A stretch of DNA of 56,456 nt. Source: a virus (taxonomy: Duplodnaviria; Caudoviricetes). Below the pieces are notes generated by a model, which saw only the letters and a program-made list of their open reading frames with translations, had not been told where the DNA came from and searched no databases. A program made the position numbers and the translations under genes. Where the stretch lies: the IMG/VR virus record IMGVR_UViG_3300048839_001000, positions 1-56,456 of that record. One strand, given 5' to 3'. The first letter of the stretch is position 1. Each line of letters starts with the position of its first letter. Shown here piece after piece: positions 7,212 through 17,118 of this stretch.

Positions 7212-9055
7212 ACTGCCTCCTCGTACTTCTTCTTGGTTGACCATGGTTGACCTTCGTCACACGCACTCACTTCAACTCGGATCGGTACGCGAAGTTCCAC
7301 GTGTGGTGACTCCAAGACTGGACGCACTGCTCGAATGAAATCTGCCACACCATCGCTTGGAATCTCGAGCAGAAGTTCATCGTGCACATTGGCGAGAAGT
7401 CGCGCGTTGAACTCCTTGAGCACTGGAGGAATGCTGGCGAGCCAATCCTTCAGCACGTCAGCCGCTGCACCTTGGATGACGTAATTGCGTGCCTTGTGTG
7501 CTAACTCCATTGGTAGATAGTAGTATCTCCTGTATACATTGCGCACGAAACCCTTCGCCCTGATGGTCTCTTCCACGCGTCGCGCGAATTGTCGGATCTC
7601 AGGCAGCACTCGATGCATGTAGTTGTACACGCCGGAGGCTACCACCGAGGCGTTTCGCTCCGTGACATCTTGATCGAAGTTAAAGCGTCGAAGCGCGGTG
7701 AGAATCTTCTCGTCGCTTTCTCGTATCGCTTGTCGAATGAAACTCACTAATGCGCCTTCGAGTTTCATTCGACCCATTCCATAAATGAAACCGAAGTTGA
7801 GTGTCTTCGCGGGCTTCCTTGGTATTCCAAGCATGTCAGCCATCGACTGGTGGTAGTCAGTATTCGGATCTTCATTGTACCTCTTAATGATACCGGGCGA
7901 GTTGGTGTAATGTGCGAAGAGACGAAATTCGATCTGACTGGCGTCGATGGAGATCAATCGATGTCCTGATCTCGGGTAGACCTGCGCCTTCGCACGCATG
8001 TCGAGATTCTGAAAGTTCGGATCTTCACATGCAAGGCGACCTGTCTTGGTGCCGTACTGTTTGAAGTTGGGATGTAAGGTGTCATCTGGCGCGAGTCTCT
8101 TCAACCAACCTTCACCGAACGAAGCATAGGAGTAACTCAACTCCTTCACGTCAGCTGCTAAGTCGCCTACTGGCAATCCATATGAACGAAGTGTTTCTGC
8201 ATCCCACGATGGGTTACCGGTCTTCGTCCACTCCTTCGGTTGCATGGACAACTTGTCTCGAAGGATGCGAGTCATCTCTTTGTTTGACCCGGTGTCGAGA
8301 TGTTCACCCGCCAGTTCATCGAGTTGGTCTTGCTTCGTCAAAAACTCCTCGAGCGTTTTGGTAGCGAATTGAAGCAACTGTTTGCGCGGTACATTGACAC
8401 CGTGTAATTCCGAGTCGAGGAGAGTACGTGTCGCCTTGCGTTCGATCTCAAATAGTTGCATGCATTCCGGTGGAAGTCTCTGGAGAAGTTTCTCCTTCAA
8501 CTCCATGGTAGCATTCAAGTCATGGCAGCAGTAGGTGCCGAGGATGTCAATGGGCACCTTGCCGTAGTCCTTTGTCTTTGCTGCTTCGCAATACGCGTTA
8601 ACAGCATCGGAGTCTTTACGTGCGCTTATGTCACAGTAGTCTTTTGACAACGCCGCCAATGATGCTTGGAAGCGAAGTGAGTCCACCATGCGCGCGAGGA
8701 CCATCGTGTCAAGCAGATCACCGAGCAGATAGATGCCGTCCTGATAGGCGAATCTACAGTCAAACTTGATGTTGTGCCCCACCCACGTGCGTGGGCGCGA
8801 CGCAAGATCTTTCAACCATCGCATCGTCTGCTCGTAGTCGAGGTTCTTAGCGTCTGGCGAGCGGTGCCTAATTGGCAGGTACCACGCCTCTCTACTCTTC
8901 GCCATCAAACCGTAGCCGGCGACTCGGTGCCCATTGAATGGATGAAACGCCGGTTCTTCATCGTTGAACGACGTGGTCTCCACGTCGATCCCGAGTTCAT
9001 CCTCGGAGGACAGGTCGGGCAACTGCGCGGTTGAAGTCAGTACATTGATCTTCAT
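7208..9055 (-). CDS. polA: family A DNA polymerase (3'-5' exonuclease plus polymerase)
   Basis: DVETT, HNIKFD, TKTGRLAC, DASQIEFR, KTLNFGFIYG (Phe at the 762-equivalent position), NVHDE. Confidence 0.95.
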   Translation of the reverse strand: MKINVLTSTAQLPDLSSEDELGIDVETTSFNDEEPAFHPFNGHRVAGYGLMAKSREAWYLPIRHRSPDAKNLDYEQTMRWLKDLASRPRTWVGHNIKFDCRFAYQDGIYLLGDLLDTMVLARMVDSLRFQASLAALSKDYCDISARKDSDAVNAYCEAAKTKDYGKVPIDILGTYCCHDLNATMELKEKLLQRLPPECMQLFEIERKATRTLLDSELHGVNVPRKQLLQFATKTLEEFLTKQDQLDELAGEHLDTGSNKEMTRILRDKLSMQPKEWTKTGNPSWDAETLRSYGLPVGDLAADVKELSYSYASFGEGWLKRLAPDDTLHPNFKQYGTKTGRLACEDPNFQNLDMRAKAQVYPRSGHRLISIDASQIEFRLFAHYTNSPGIIKRYNEDPNTDYHQSMADMLGIPRKPAKTLNFGFIYGMGRMKLEGALVSFIRQAIRESDEKILTALRRFNFDQDVTERNASVVASGVYNYMHRVLPEIRQFARRVEETIRAKGFVRNVYRRYYYLPMELAHKARNYVIQGAAADVLKDWLASIPPVLKEFNARLLANVHDELLLEIPSDGVADFIRAVRPVLESPHVELRVPIRVEVSACDEGQPWSTKKKYEEAV

Positions 9056-9576
9056 TCTGCCACCCGTCTTTCATACATTGACATGATCGAATCAATTTCA
9101 AATACCCCGTCTTGCGCTGTCACCACCATCACCGGTGATCCTGTGATCACGCAGTTCTTTCGTAACAAATACTCGTCGTACATCTTGTAGACATCACGAA
9201 GATCTTTGTGGTCCAGCAATGGATCGCCACGCTGTTTCAATCTGTTCAAACACACGTCGTACTCTGGCCTAACGTAGACAGTCAAAGAGCGGGCCGCGTC
9301 CATTCTGTCGGCAACGTCGCCAACGTTCTTCTGCGTCAATTTGACGTTTGGTCCACCGCGCCACAGACGTCCATAGACAAACTCACTCACGATAAATCGA
9401 TCCAACACAGCAAAGCGTTGGCAGCTAACCATGTAGTGGTGACAATAGTCCCACCACGTTGGCAACAACCCGTAACACTCGAAGCGTTTGAGTCGCTCGG
9501 TGTCAAGCAATCTGCGAGCAACGATGCGCGCCAGGGTACTCTTACCAGCACCATCGGCTCCTTCAAAGATGATCAT
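9052..9576 (-). CDS. dNMP (thymidylate-like) kinase
   Basis: IIFEGADGAGKST P-loop, LDRF and RLKQRG motifs. Confidence 0.88.
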   Translation of the reverse strand: MIIFEGADGAGKSTLARIVARRLLDTERLKRFECYGLLPTWWDYCHHYMVSCQRFAVLDRFIVSEFVYGRLWRGGPNVKLTQKNVGDVADRMDAARSLTVYVRPEYDVCLNRLKQRGDPLLDHKDLRDVYKMYDEYLLRKNCVITGSPVMVVTAQDGVFEIDSIMSMYERRVAE

Positions 9577-10670
9577 GTAGTCTCCTCTTTCGCTATCTTA
9601 TCTGATGCGCACATACACGTGAGCGACATGAAATCGTTCACGAACTCAAAGCCTAGTTCCTTTGCGCGTGTTGCCACACGGGGTTCAAAGGTCGACAGCA
9701 AGCATGACCTGAAACTGACACTGACATGCTCCATCGCTCTGATGAAACTCGACCACTGCTTTGCTTTCCACAAGTGGTACGCCATCATCACCATGAACGC
9801 ATCGCACCACCACGTCGTGCCATAGTCGGAGAGCAAACGGAGTTGCTCTTGTCTCATGCGTTGAAACATGTTCGGCGGTTCTTCTCGCATCTCCATGTCA
9901 AACTGCACGATGTCTGCGCAAAGTTGAATTGCACTGTTGCAGTCCACGTCCGGTCTGCCGTTGGTGCATGCCCACATTCTACCTCTCGTCGCAGCCATCA
10001 AGACAGCGTCGAGAATGTCATCATACAGGCCGGTGTAATAGTGGAGTGAATCTACAGTCTCCACCATCTCACCTGTGGCCATTCGCAGTGATCTCGCGAT
10101 GGTGTCGTGTATGACAGTGAACACAACGTGGTCATGCGGAACTCCCCAAACCAAATCGCTGGAGCGCCGAATCACATGTGCGTGAAGTACATTGTCGACT
10201 GCCTTCAACATCATCATGACATTGCACGGATAGTCGAGTCGTCCATCGGTAGCATCCAATGCTGGATTCCATATTGTCATTAGCGCGCGCCTGGAGCCAG
10301 GATCTCGCGTTAGCTCATTGACAACAAAAGCCAATTGATTGTTGGTGTGGAGTCTTTGACCATAATGACCTTCGAATGTCTTGCCGTCGTGGGAGAACTG
10401 CTTCACGTTGGCATTGTAGAATGCCAAGTACTCCGTGCTGTTATGCCCGGCCAGTATCGACACTGTCTCCGCGAGACTAAAACAGTGGTTAATGCCGCGA
10501 CCTGGCACCACTACGAATCGAGCAGAAGTATCCGGCGTAATCACCATCACCGGTCTCTGCTCTACCGATTTGGTGCCTCTGCACTCTCGAAGGCGCCCGA
10601 ACCTATTGACCGATCTCACTTGATTGCCGTAAGAAGCTGGCCAGTGCGGTCCAGTAATGAGAACACCCAT
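9573..10670 (-). CDS. thymidylate-synthase-family enzyme, probable dCMP hydroxymethylase/methylase
   Basis: SRRA, catalytic PC, RSSDLVWGVPHD (Asp at the E. coli Asn177 position), SLHYY. Confidence 0.85.
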   Translation of the reverse strand: MGVLITGPHWPASYGNQVRSVNRFGRLRECRGTKSVEQRPVMVITPDTSARFVVVPGRGINHCFSLAETVSILAGHNSTEYLAFYNANVKQFSHDGKTFEGHYGQRLHTNNQLAFVVNELTRDPGSRRALMTIWNPALDATDGRLDYPCNVMMMLKAVDNVLHAHVIRRSSDLVWGVPHDHVVFTVIHDTIARSLRMATGEMVETVDSLHYYTGLYDDILDAVLMAATRGRMWACTNGRPDVDCNSAIQLCADIVQFDMEMREEPPNMFQRMRQEQLRLLSDYGTTWWCDAFMVMMAYHLWKAKQWSSFIRAMEHVSVSFRSCLLSTFEPRVATRAKELGFEFVNDFMSLTCMCASDKIAKEETT

Positions 10671-11191
10671 TAGTATCCCTCCTTCTGACGTCTGCTGTTC
10701 TCCGACATCTTGGCGAGGTACAGATGCGCAAAGCACTCGCCATCACCGCCAAGCAACAGCCAGCAGTTCATCAAGAAGCACATAGCGTCCATCACTTCGA
10801 GCCGTGCCTCCCATACCTCGTCGGCTAACATCACCTTACCGTCGTTCTGACGCCATGGTTTCCATGGTGTTGTTTCGAGGAGCTCTGTCATCTCGGCGAT
10901 GGTGGCCAGTACGTTGACACGCATCATCTCGCGCCACAGCGGGTCACCAGAACGTAGCAGCGCGTGCGCGTCGTCGTTTACTTCAACGTTAGGACTGAAA
11001 TTGGCGTTGCGTTCTTCACTGACGGGCTTGCACTCCTTTTGGAAGGCACGTTGCACCTTCACTAAGTTAGCCATCAGTAAATCCGACCTTGGCAGACTAG
11101 GAGAGACAATACGGTGGTGTTTAGTCTCTTCGACCTGTTTGAAGTACGCTTCCATCACCTTTGGCCAAACCTTCTTCCTGTCTTCTGCCAT
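10670..11191 (-). CDS. all-alpha dimeric dUTPase/dCTPase (T4 gp56-like)
   Basis: AEMTELL..PWKPW...LEVMDAMCF and YLAKMSENSRRQKEGY. Confidence 0.85.
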   Translation of the reverse strand: MAEDRKKVWPKVMEAYFKQVEETKHHRIVSPSLPRSDLLMANLVKVQRAFQKECKPVSEERNANFSPNVEVNDDAHALLRSGDPLWREMMRVNVLATIAEMTELLETTPWKPWRQNDGKVMLADEVWEARLEVMDAMCFLMNCWLLLGGDGECFAHLYLAKMSENSRRQKEGY

Positions 11192-11192
11192 C

Positions 11193-14042
11193 TTAAAGCT
11201 CCTCCTCTGCGTGCTTGGGTGCCGCCGGTACCTTCAACTCGTTACCATCCCTCAGGTCCTTCAGCAATTTCAAGAATGCCGGCGTCTTCACATAGGCATT
11301 CCTGTATCGTCGCAGCGCTCGTTTTCGAACGAGCAACCCGAGCAAGGCACGAGCTTCATCGAATGACTGTCCAGCCCAGTCGACTAGATCAGTGTGCATG
11401 ATGAGTGATGCATTCAACATCGCATTGACTACGTCCACTGCGTACGGTAAACTCGTGATGGCCTTACTGATAATCGGTTCATCGTCCATGGTGGATTCAC
11501 CGAGAAGCAGCTTCGAGTACTCTAAATATCCGAAACTAGCGGAGTCATAAATCTGTTGAATCATCTCTGACACCACTCTAACGTGACACTCGCGTACTAC
11601 CAACGTGTTTCCATCATCGGTGGAGAACAGACGCGCAGCGAGCGAAGCAGAAAGTCGTGCGAGCTTCAAACGTTGGTCCGCTGATTCCACGATTGGTACC
11701 GACGATGAGTACTTGCGTCCCATTGCCGTCGCTATTTCTAAGATAGCATCGACAGCGTTCTCTTCAAATCGCACTTGATTCGGTTTGCGTGACCACGCCC
11801 AAAGCACTAACTCACGGCAGGCATCCGAGGTGTACTTATGAGCGACAGTTGGCAGTCTATCGATGCGTGCATTGATGACTTCTTCTGCCACTTCTTTGGA
11901 GCCGAGACAAATGGCGACATCGAATCTTCGCACATCTTCAAGAGAGCCGATCAGCTCCCTCACTGCCTCGATTCCATAGTTGTAGGTGTCCAGTTTTCTG
12001 CCTGAACGCGAATTGCTAATCCAGATGAGTCGACATCTGCACGTAGTCTTGGCCTTCTCGATCTTGCTGATCTCGATGATACCTGACGAGCGTGCATCCG
12101 TCATCTTGGCGATCATGTCGGTGCCGAGACCCTTCGCTTCTTCGAGCGCGACGAGTCTTCGATCGTTGAGCGTAATGACACCCCATGAAATGAACCATCG
12201 CCTGCTGGTCTCTTGTAGACCTCCGAGTAGGCCGGCGATCGACGATCCCTTGCAGTCCACCTTCTCACCCAATCTGTAGTGCTCCATCAAGGCGGTAAGT
12301 GCAGCGGACTTTCCTTGAGATGAATCGCCGACCACCAACGCCTCGACCCATCCTTTGTAGACCTTACCTTGGAATGGGACGTAGAGAACACTGTGGTACA
12401 CCAAGTCGTAGACGAGATGAAGATGCGGACGTTGCCGAATCAGCGTCACGTTGGACTCGAAGTCGGTGTAGATGTCCTTCAATTTGTCTCGCACCGCAGC
12501 CTCGGTGTTCTCCGACTGAAACATCCTCAATCGATCATGCATCTCCGGTGTCATGTCAAACAGTTCTAACGAATCGACTTGAGCCTGCGCCCTATTGATC
12601 AGTAATGTAGCGTACTGCGTGTTCGGCTCCGGCAGACACCGTGCTTCTACCTCGTATGAAGTATTGGTCTCGATGCCGTGCCCAACGTAGAAGGCTCTGC
12701 GAACAACATGCTCTCCACTGTTCTCCGCTATCTTTAACTGCGGGATCAAACGCACCTCTTCAACGTTGTACATCTCTATTGGAACGAAGACGCACGAACG
12801 ACAGATCTGTGGTATGCGAGCCGCCTTCTTCAACGCGATCGGTTGACGCTCCAATTTGATATTCACCAGCTCAAGAAGCGCTGGGTCGGTGTCCTGCAAA
12901 GTGACCTCAGGAAGTTCCTGCTCTGCTTTGAACACGGAACAGAAAGCACAGTACTCCTGATCGCGTAGACATCGCACTTGAAATTTCTGTGGAACGGTGT
13001 ACGGCGCAGTGTCCTTAGCGGATACCACGCAGGAAATCTTGACCATCTTCGAGTAGTACTTTGCATGCGAAGACTCGCCGAGAGACACGTCGTACACCTT
13101 CGCGTCACGAGTCACCTCGTCAGCGAGCGGGGCCGGCTTCCATTCAGGTGCATCGACAAGTACCTGCTGTAGTTCTTCCTTTGTTCGCTTCGCTTTCACG
13201 ATGAAGTCAGTCACGTCACCATGCGGGTACTCTTCGATAGCCAGTGGAAGCAGAATGCTCTTCACCATCTGTGCATGCGGTGCTACGCTATGGAGTACTG
13301 CGAACGACCCGTCTCTGCCCGGTTTATCGATGTCATACATCACCATCACGATCTTGCCGGCGAATTGTTCACCCCATTTGCGAAGCCATTTACGAGCTCC
13401 GCCAGTGGCAGACACCGCGTGAAACCCAAGTTGATTCAACAGCAGAGCCTTCATCTCACCTTCGACAATAATGATGACGTCGTTTGAGAGCTCGCTGACT
13501 GGGTAGAGGCGCAGTTTATTGTGGCCCGGTACTCCAATCACCTTCTTCTCTTGATCAGTGGATGACCACTGCCGGATGTTCAGCACCTTGCCATCGCCGG
13601 CATACACCGGCATGGACACTCTATTCCCAGTCCATCCAAGTCTGTACTTGACGATGGTATCGTGAGTGAGTCCTTTGCGCTCCAGCAAAGTCTGCTGCGC
13701 CTGTTTGTTCTGCAGAAGTGCCTGATGCCACTTCTCCACCAATGCTACATCTATCTCGCCCTCTTCAGTCTCATCATCCCTATCGTTGAGACCGTCGATG
13801 ATGGAGAGGACCGCTCCACGAGAACTCTTTGTCCAGCCAGCAATGTAGTCAGTAGCGTCGCCGCTCTTTCCGCATGCGTGGCAAAAGTACTTTCCACTCT
13901 CCAAATTGATCTCACAACTTGGATGCGCATCGTCATTCTGATGTTGATCTGGGTGCGGGCATCTCACCTTCGCCTTAGCACCATCAGCAAATTCAGAAAT
14001 CAGTTCGACGTCGAAATGTCGAAGTAGTTCTGACACTCTCAT
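11193..14042 (-). CDS. primase (Zn finger plus TOPRIM) fused to an MCM-type AAA+ helicase
   Basis: CP..H/CHAC zinc finger, VEGEMKA and YDID TOPRIM; C4 zinc region, GDSSQGKS, GSSIAGL, LEE, RRFD. Confidence 0.85.
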   Translation of the reverse strand: MRVSELLRHFDVELISEFADGAKAKVRCPHPDQHQNDDAHPSCEINLESGKYFCHACGKSGDATDYIAGWTKSSRGAVLSIIDGLNDRDDETEEGEIDVALVEKWHQALLQNKQAQQTLLERKGLTHDTIVKYRLGWTGNRVSMPVYAGDGKVLNIRQWSSTDQEKKVIGVPGHNKLRLYPVSELSNDVIIIVEGEMKALLLNQLGFHAVSATGGARKWLRKWGEQFAGKIVMVMYDIDKPGRDGSFAVLHSVAPHAQMVKSILLPLAIEEYPHGDVTDFIVKAKRTKEELQQVLVDAPEWKPAPLADEVTRDAKVYDVSLGESSHAKYYSKMVKISCVVSAKDTAPYTVPQKFQVRCLRDQEYCAFCSVFKAEQELPEVTLQDTDPALLELVNIKLERQPIALKKAARIPQICRSCVFVPIEMYNVEEVRLIPQLKIAENSGEHVVRRAFYVGHGIETNTSYEVEARCLPEPNTQYATLLINRAQAQVDSLELFDMTPEMHDRLRMFQSENTEAAVRDKLKDIYTDFESNVTLIRQRPHLHLVYDLVYHSVLYVPFQGKVYKGWVEALVVGDSSQGKSAALTALMEHYRLGEKVDCKGSSIAGLLGGLQETSRRWFISWGVITLNDRRLVALEEAKGLGTDMIAKMTDARSSGIIEISKIEKAKTTCRCRLIWISNSRSGRKLDTYNYGIEAVRELIGSLEDVRRFDVAICLGSKEVAEEVINARIDRLPTVAHKYTSDACRELVLWAWSRKPNQVRFEENAVDAILEIATAMGRKYSSSVPIVESADQRLKLARLSASLAARLFSTDDGNTLVVRECHVRVVSEMIQQIYDSASFGYLEYSKLLLGESTMDDEPIISKAITSLPYAVDVVNAMLNASLIMHTDLVDWAGQSFDEARALLGLLVRKRALRRYRNAYVKTPAFLKLLKDLRDGNELKVPAAPKHAEEEL

Positions 14043-14323
14043 TGACGTCGCCTCTTTCCAGCGCGATAGTCGCGCATGTACGCAGCTCGGTGCGCTCTCA
14101 CAGCGTCTGGGTCGTCCCAATTAATGGTAGACTCAGCCTTGGGAAGTTCTTTGATGAACCACTCGCACGATGCGCAGCTACCATTAGGTAACTGGCACGT
14201 GGCTCTCGTTGAAATGAATCGGCCGCATCGGTAGTACTTCGAGCCTCGGCCCGGCTCCCAGTTCTTGCACATGCTTTTCTGTGCAGTTGAACATTCACAC
14301 GACGACCCTAATCGACATGGCAT
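14039..14323 (-). CDS. Cys-rich hypothetical protein
   Basis: 94 aa, many Cys, basic C-terminus; ATGA overlap with the primase. Confidence 0.6.
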   Translation of the reverse strand: MPCRLGSSCECSTAQKSMCKNWEPGRGSKYYRCGRFISTRATCQLPNGSCASCEWFIKELPKAESTINWDDPDAVRAHRAAYMRDYRAGKRRRQ

Positions 14324-14346
14324 CGCTACTCTCTCCTCGATCTCTT

Positions 14347-14408
14347 CGGTGTCCGCGTCCTCCTCGAAGACGCGGGCACCGGCGCTCGTGAATGACTAAC
14401 GAGCGCCG
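14347..14408 (-). terminator. tandem GC-rich hairpins after the SSB-like gene
   Basis: CGGTGTCCGCGTC/GACGCGGGCACCG and CGGCGCTCGT/ACGAGCGCCG inverted repeats. Confidence 0.5.
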
Positions 14409-14413
14409 ATCGG

Positions 14414-15217
14414 CTAGAGATCCTTGCCGACTTCAGATTCAGCTTCTGAGGTGTCTTCCGACTGGTAGTTGCCGCCGAGCTTGCCCGTCTTGTGCGCTTC
14501 ACTCAACATCTCGTTGAGAGTCTTCGCAGCGTTGTACATCGTTTCGTTCGCCCAGTACGCTTCAGCCGTCTTCTCCGGATTCTTGAACTTGGTTGTCCAG
14601 TACGTCTGATTGCGTTTGTTGGTGTCCTGCTCAGTGTAGATGAAGAATCTGCCGGCGTAAATCGGCACGTTGCCCCGACCATTCGCCAGGTTGAGCAGAC
14701 CACTTCCGTACCTCGCGTTGCTGCGCATCAAACCAAGGAGCAACGGATCGTTCGGGAAACCATCGCGCAGTACTACGAAGTTGTGCACATCCTGCACTTT
14801 GCGTACTTCGCCTTTGCTCACGCGTTTCTTAACCCACTGGCGAGATTCCTCCGCCAGTTTGCTGCTCGGATCAGTGGTGCGAGCTACCACCATCGAAGAC
14901 GACGGATCGTCACGATCACCAAACTCTACCCACTCCTTGAAGTAGTAGGCGATGATGATTGGCATCGGCGCCGATCCCGGCATGAAGCACACCTCATTGG
15001 TGCTTCTCCGGTACAACATTCCAGCGCGGAGTTCGCTCCCCGCCTTCTGCACTTCCGGTGACATCGCCTGGAGCAGTGAGAGTCGTTCGAACGTCATGTC
15101 GACCACGTTCTCGAAGCCCGCACGCTTGTTCTCAACGTGAGAAGGCAGCGCCGGTAAAGCGAGATCGTTGTTCGCGCTCACTGTGGCCAGTTCGTTGTTC
15201 TCGTTCTTCTTTCCCAT
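14414..15217 (-). CDS. putative ssDNA-binding/annealing protein
   Basis: RLSLLQAMSPEV motif typical of siphovirus replication-region proteins, acidic C-terminus, position before the primase. Confidence 0.55.
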   Translation of the reverse strand: MGKKNENNELATVSANNDLALPALPSHVENKRAGFENVVDMTFERLSLLQAMSPEVQKAGSELRAGMLYRRSTNEVCFMPGSAPMPIIIAYYFKEWVEFGDRDDPSSSMVVARTTDPSSKLAEESRQWVKKRVSKGEVRKVQDVHNFVVLRDGFPNDPLLLGLMRSNARYGSGLLNLANGRGNVPIYAGRFFIYTEQDTNKRNQTYWTTKFKNPEKTAEAYWANETMYNAAKTLNEMLSEAHKTGKLGGNYQSEDTSEAESEVGKDL

Positions 15218-15297
15218 CTGAGTGTGACTCCTTCTGTGTGCATCATTGTCGTTGATGGTCGCGCGCGTCGACGTACGCGACACCTGGTGGATAGTCG

Positions 15298-16017
15298 TTA
15301 TGCTTTGCGCATCATCACCTCCTCACGCTTCATCACGCGGATGAAGTTAGGCGGAGTCTGACCACCTTCCGTCAAATCCTCGACGTGCTTCTGAAGTGAC
15401 TGCCAATTGTAACCTTCGTGAGTCAAACCGAGGTCGCGCATGTAGAGCATGAAGGTGGTGTACTTTGGCATCTTAACACCACGCTCCTGCGCGATCTGTT
15501 CTGCCATTTTGAGTGTTGTGGTATTCAGGTCGAGGTCGAGACCAGCCGACTTGCACAGCATGGCGAACTCGACGATGGCTCGCTCTTCTTCCTTCTTGCT
15601 TGGAGGAAGCGCGACGTCCTTCGTCTTGATGTAGAACGTCCCGACGTCATCGATCTTCACCGAGTTGAGACCGGCCTCACGCATGCGTTCCGCGAAGCGT
15701 TGCGTATGACCATCGTTACCAGCCCGCTCATCGGTACCACCGAGAGCTCTCTCGGCGTTCTGCTGCATCTCCTTCGCGGTATCCTTCAGCGTGCGCAAGA
15801 AGTAATGCAACTCGGCGTAGTCAATGAGCTCTTTGACTTGCACCTTCTTGTCATCACCTTGCGGCGTGTACAGCGTGCCATCGACCACGCATTGCGCAAT
15901 GGCACCAACCCTGGCGAGATGCTTCTCAAGTTCCATCGCCAGTTCCAACAAGGAGGTGATCCGCAACTTCCCCGCCTTGATGTGTTCCACACCCTCCATC
16001 AACAGTTCTCCGTCCAT
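15298..16017 (-). CDS. replication-region hypothetical protein
   Basis: Start MDGELL behind AGAGAGGAG. Confidence 0.7.
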   Translation of the reverse strand: MDGELLMEGVEHIKAGKLRITSLLELAMELEKHLARVGAIAQCVVDGTLYTPQGDDKKVQVKELIDYAELHYFLRTLKDTAKEMQQNAERALGGTDERAGNDGHTQRFAERMREAGLNSVKIDDVGTFYIKTKDVALPPSKKEEERAIVEFAMLCKSAGLDLDLNTTTLKMAEQIAQERGVKMPKYTTFMLYMRDLGLTHEGYNWQSLQKHVEDLTEGGQTPPNFIRVMKREEVMMRKA

Positions 16018-16018
16018 A

Positions 16019-16150
16019 CTACACTCCTCTCTGCGCTGACACGCGCGTTGACCGATCACACAAGGCAAGAAGGACACCCAACGTGCTCTTGTTGATCGTG
16101 ATGTACACTTGGTGGTGATGATGACCGTCGAATACGGATAACACAATCAT
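16019..16150 (-). CDS. 43-aa small ORF (below the ORF-track cutoff)
   Basis: MIVLSVFDGHHHHQVYITINKSTLGVLLALCDRSTRVSAQRGV; strong AGAGAGGAG RBS directly after a promoter. Confidence 0.55.
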   Translation of the reverse strand: MIVLSVFDGHHHHQVYITINKSTLGVLLALCDRSTRVSAQRGV

Positions 16151-16183
16151 GGCGGCTCCTCTCTAATCTCCAACTGTAAGGGT

Positions 16184-16212
16184 ATTATACCTTACAATTG
16201 CGCCTAGTACAT
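16184..16212 (-). promoter_or_regulatory. putative promoter ATGTAC-N17-TATAAT for the replication operon
   Basis: Perfect -10 box, flanked by an inverted repeat. Confidence 0.7.
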
Positions 16213-16494
16213 CTTTAAAACAATCTAAAAGCACCGACAGACCCAATTACTTTTCAAGTAACAATGGTATGCATATTGAAGTTAGGCCGTACACTTGGAA
16301 ACGGTGTATACTCGAGGTAAATGACCTTGAGTTATAATGAATGGTTAATTACACGCATTGTTTTGGGTATAATTAAACTCTCCACGTGTTTGGGTATATT
16401 CTATTATCTTCCAGATTTGGGTTTAATTATAACCATATAACTAGGCATACTGACCTAACTTGGACCGAGACTGGGAGAGAACTGCTAGAAACAG

Positions 16495-17118
16495 CTAAGT
16501 TAGCGTCAACATGTAGGCGTATGCCCACGGCGGCGGTATTCGCGTGTCCCACAGTGGAGTATGCTCGCGGCTGTCATGTTCGTGGTGAAGAATCACGTCG
16601 AGACACGGATCAAGCACCAGATATCCAGCTTTGCGAGCCATCGCAATCACGCGATTGTCAATCGCCTGCACACCGAGGAACTCATCTACATTACTTATTG
16701 GCAGTCTATCTCGATACAACCACGCATCAGCGCTACCGAGATTCGTCCACGTCTCCCTGCTCAATGAGATGAACAGGTTGTCCCACGAACCGTCCCACTT
16801 AAGAAGCTTCTCCACCGACTTGTCAAACCACACGTCAGCATTACACAGTCCAACAATACCAGTCGGTGCATGCGAGTTGACGAGAGCCGCCATCGCAGCC
16901 CACGTGGCCCTGACACCGCTACGTCTAAACAACACCTTTGGATTGTCGAGTAGTTCACGGCGCTTTCGTCCAATCCTATCGATGCCCGTCTCCTCGACCA
17001 CGACCATCACGCGTTCAATCTGTTCGCACTCGATGTTCTTCTGCAATGCGATGGCGTACTCCTCTTCACGCTTCTCCGTCTTGGCCGGTGGTAGTCCAAT
17101 CCCAAGCACCTTAATCAT
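16495..17118 (-). CDS. GT-A glycosyltransferase-like protein
   Basis: LCNADVWFD, SADAW, DNR..A and HEHDS motifs; ATGA-coupled to the GT9 gene. Confidence 0.6.
   Translation of the reverse strand: MIKVLGIGLPPAKTEKREEEYAIALQKNIECEQIERVMVVVEETGIDRIGRKRRELLDNPKVLFRRSGVRATWAAMAALVNSHAPTGIVGLCNADVWFDKSVEKLLKWDGSWDNLFISLSRETWTNLGSADAWLYRDRLPISNVDEFLGVQAIDNRVIAMARKAGYLVLDPCLDVILHHEHDSREHTPLWDTRIPPPWAYAYMLTLT

Noticed and set aside
9573-10670. 5-hydroxymethyluracil (SPO1/M6-type) pathway
   Set aside because: The specificity residue is Asp rather than Asn, and no 5hmU DNA kinase or aGPT-Pplase-like gene was recognised
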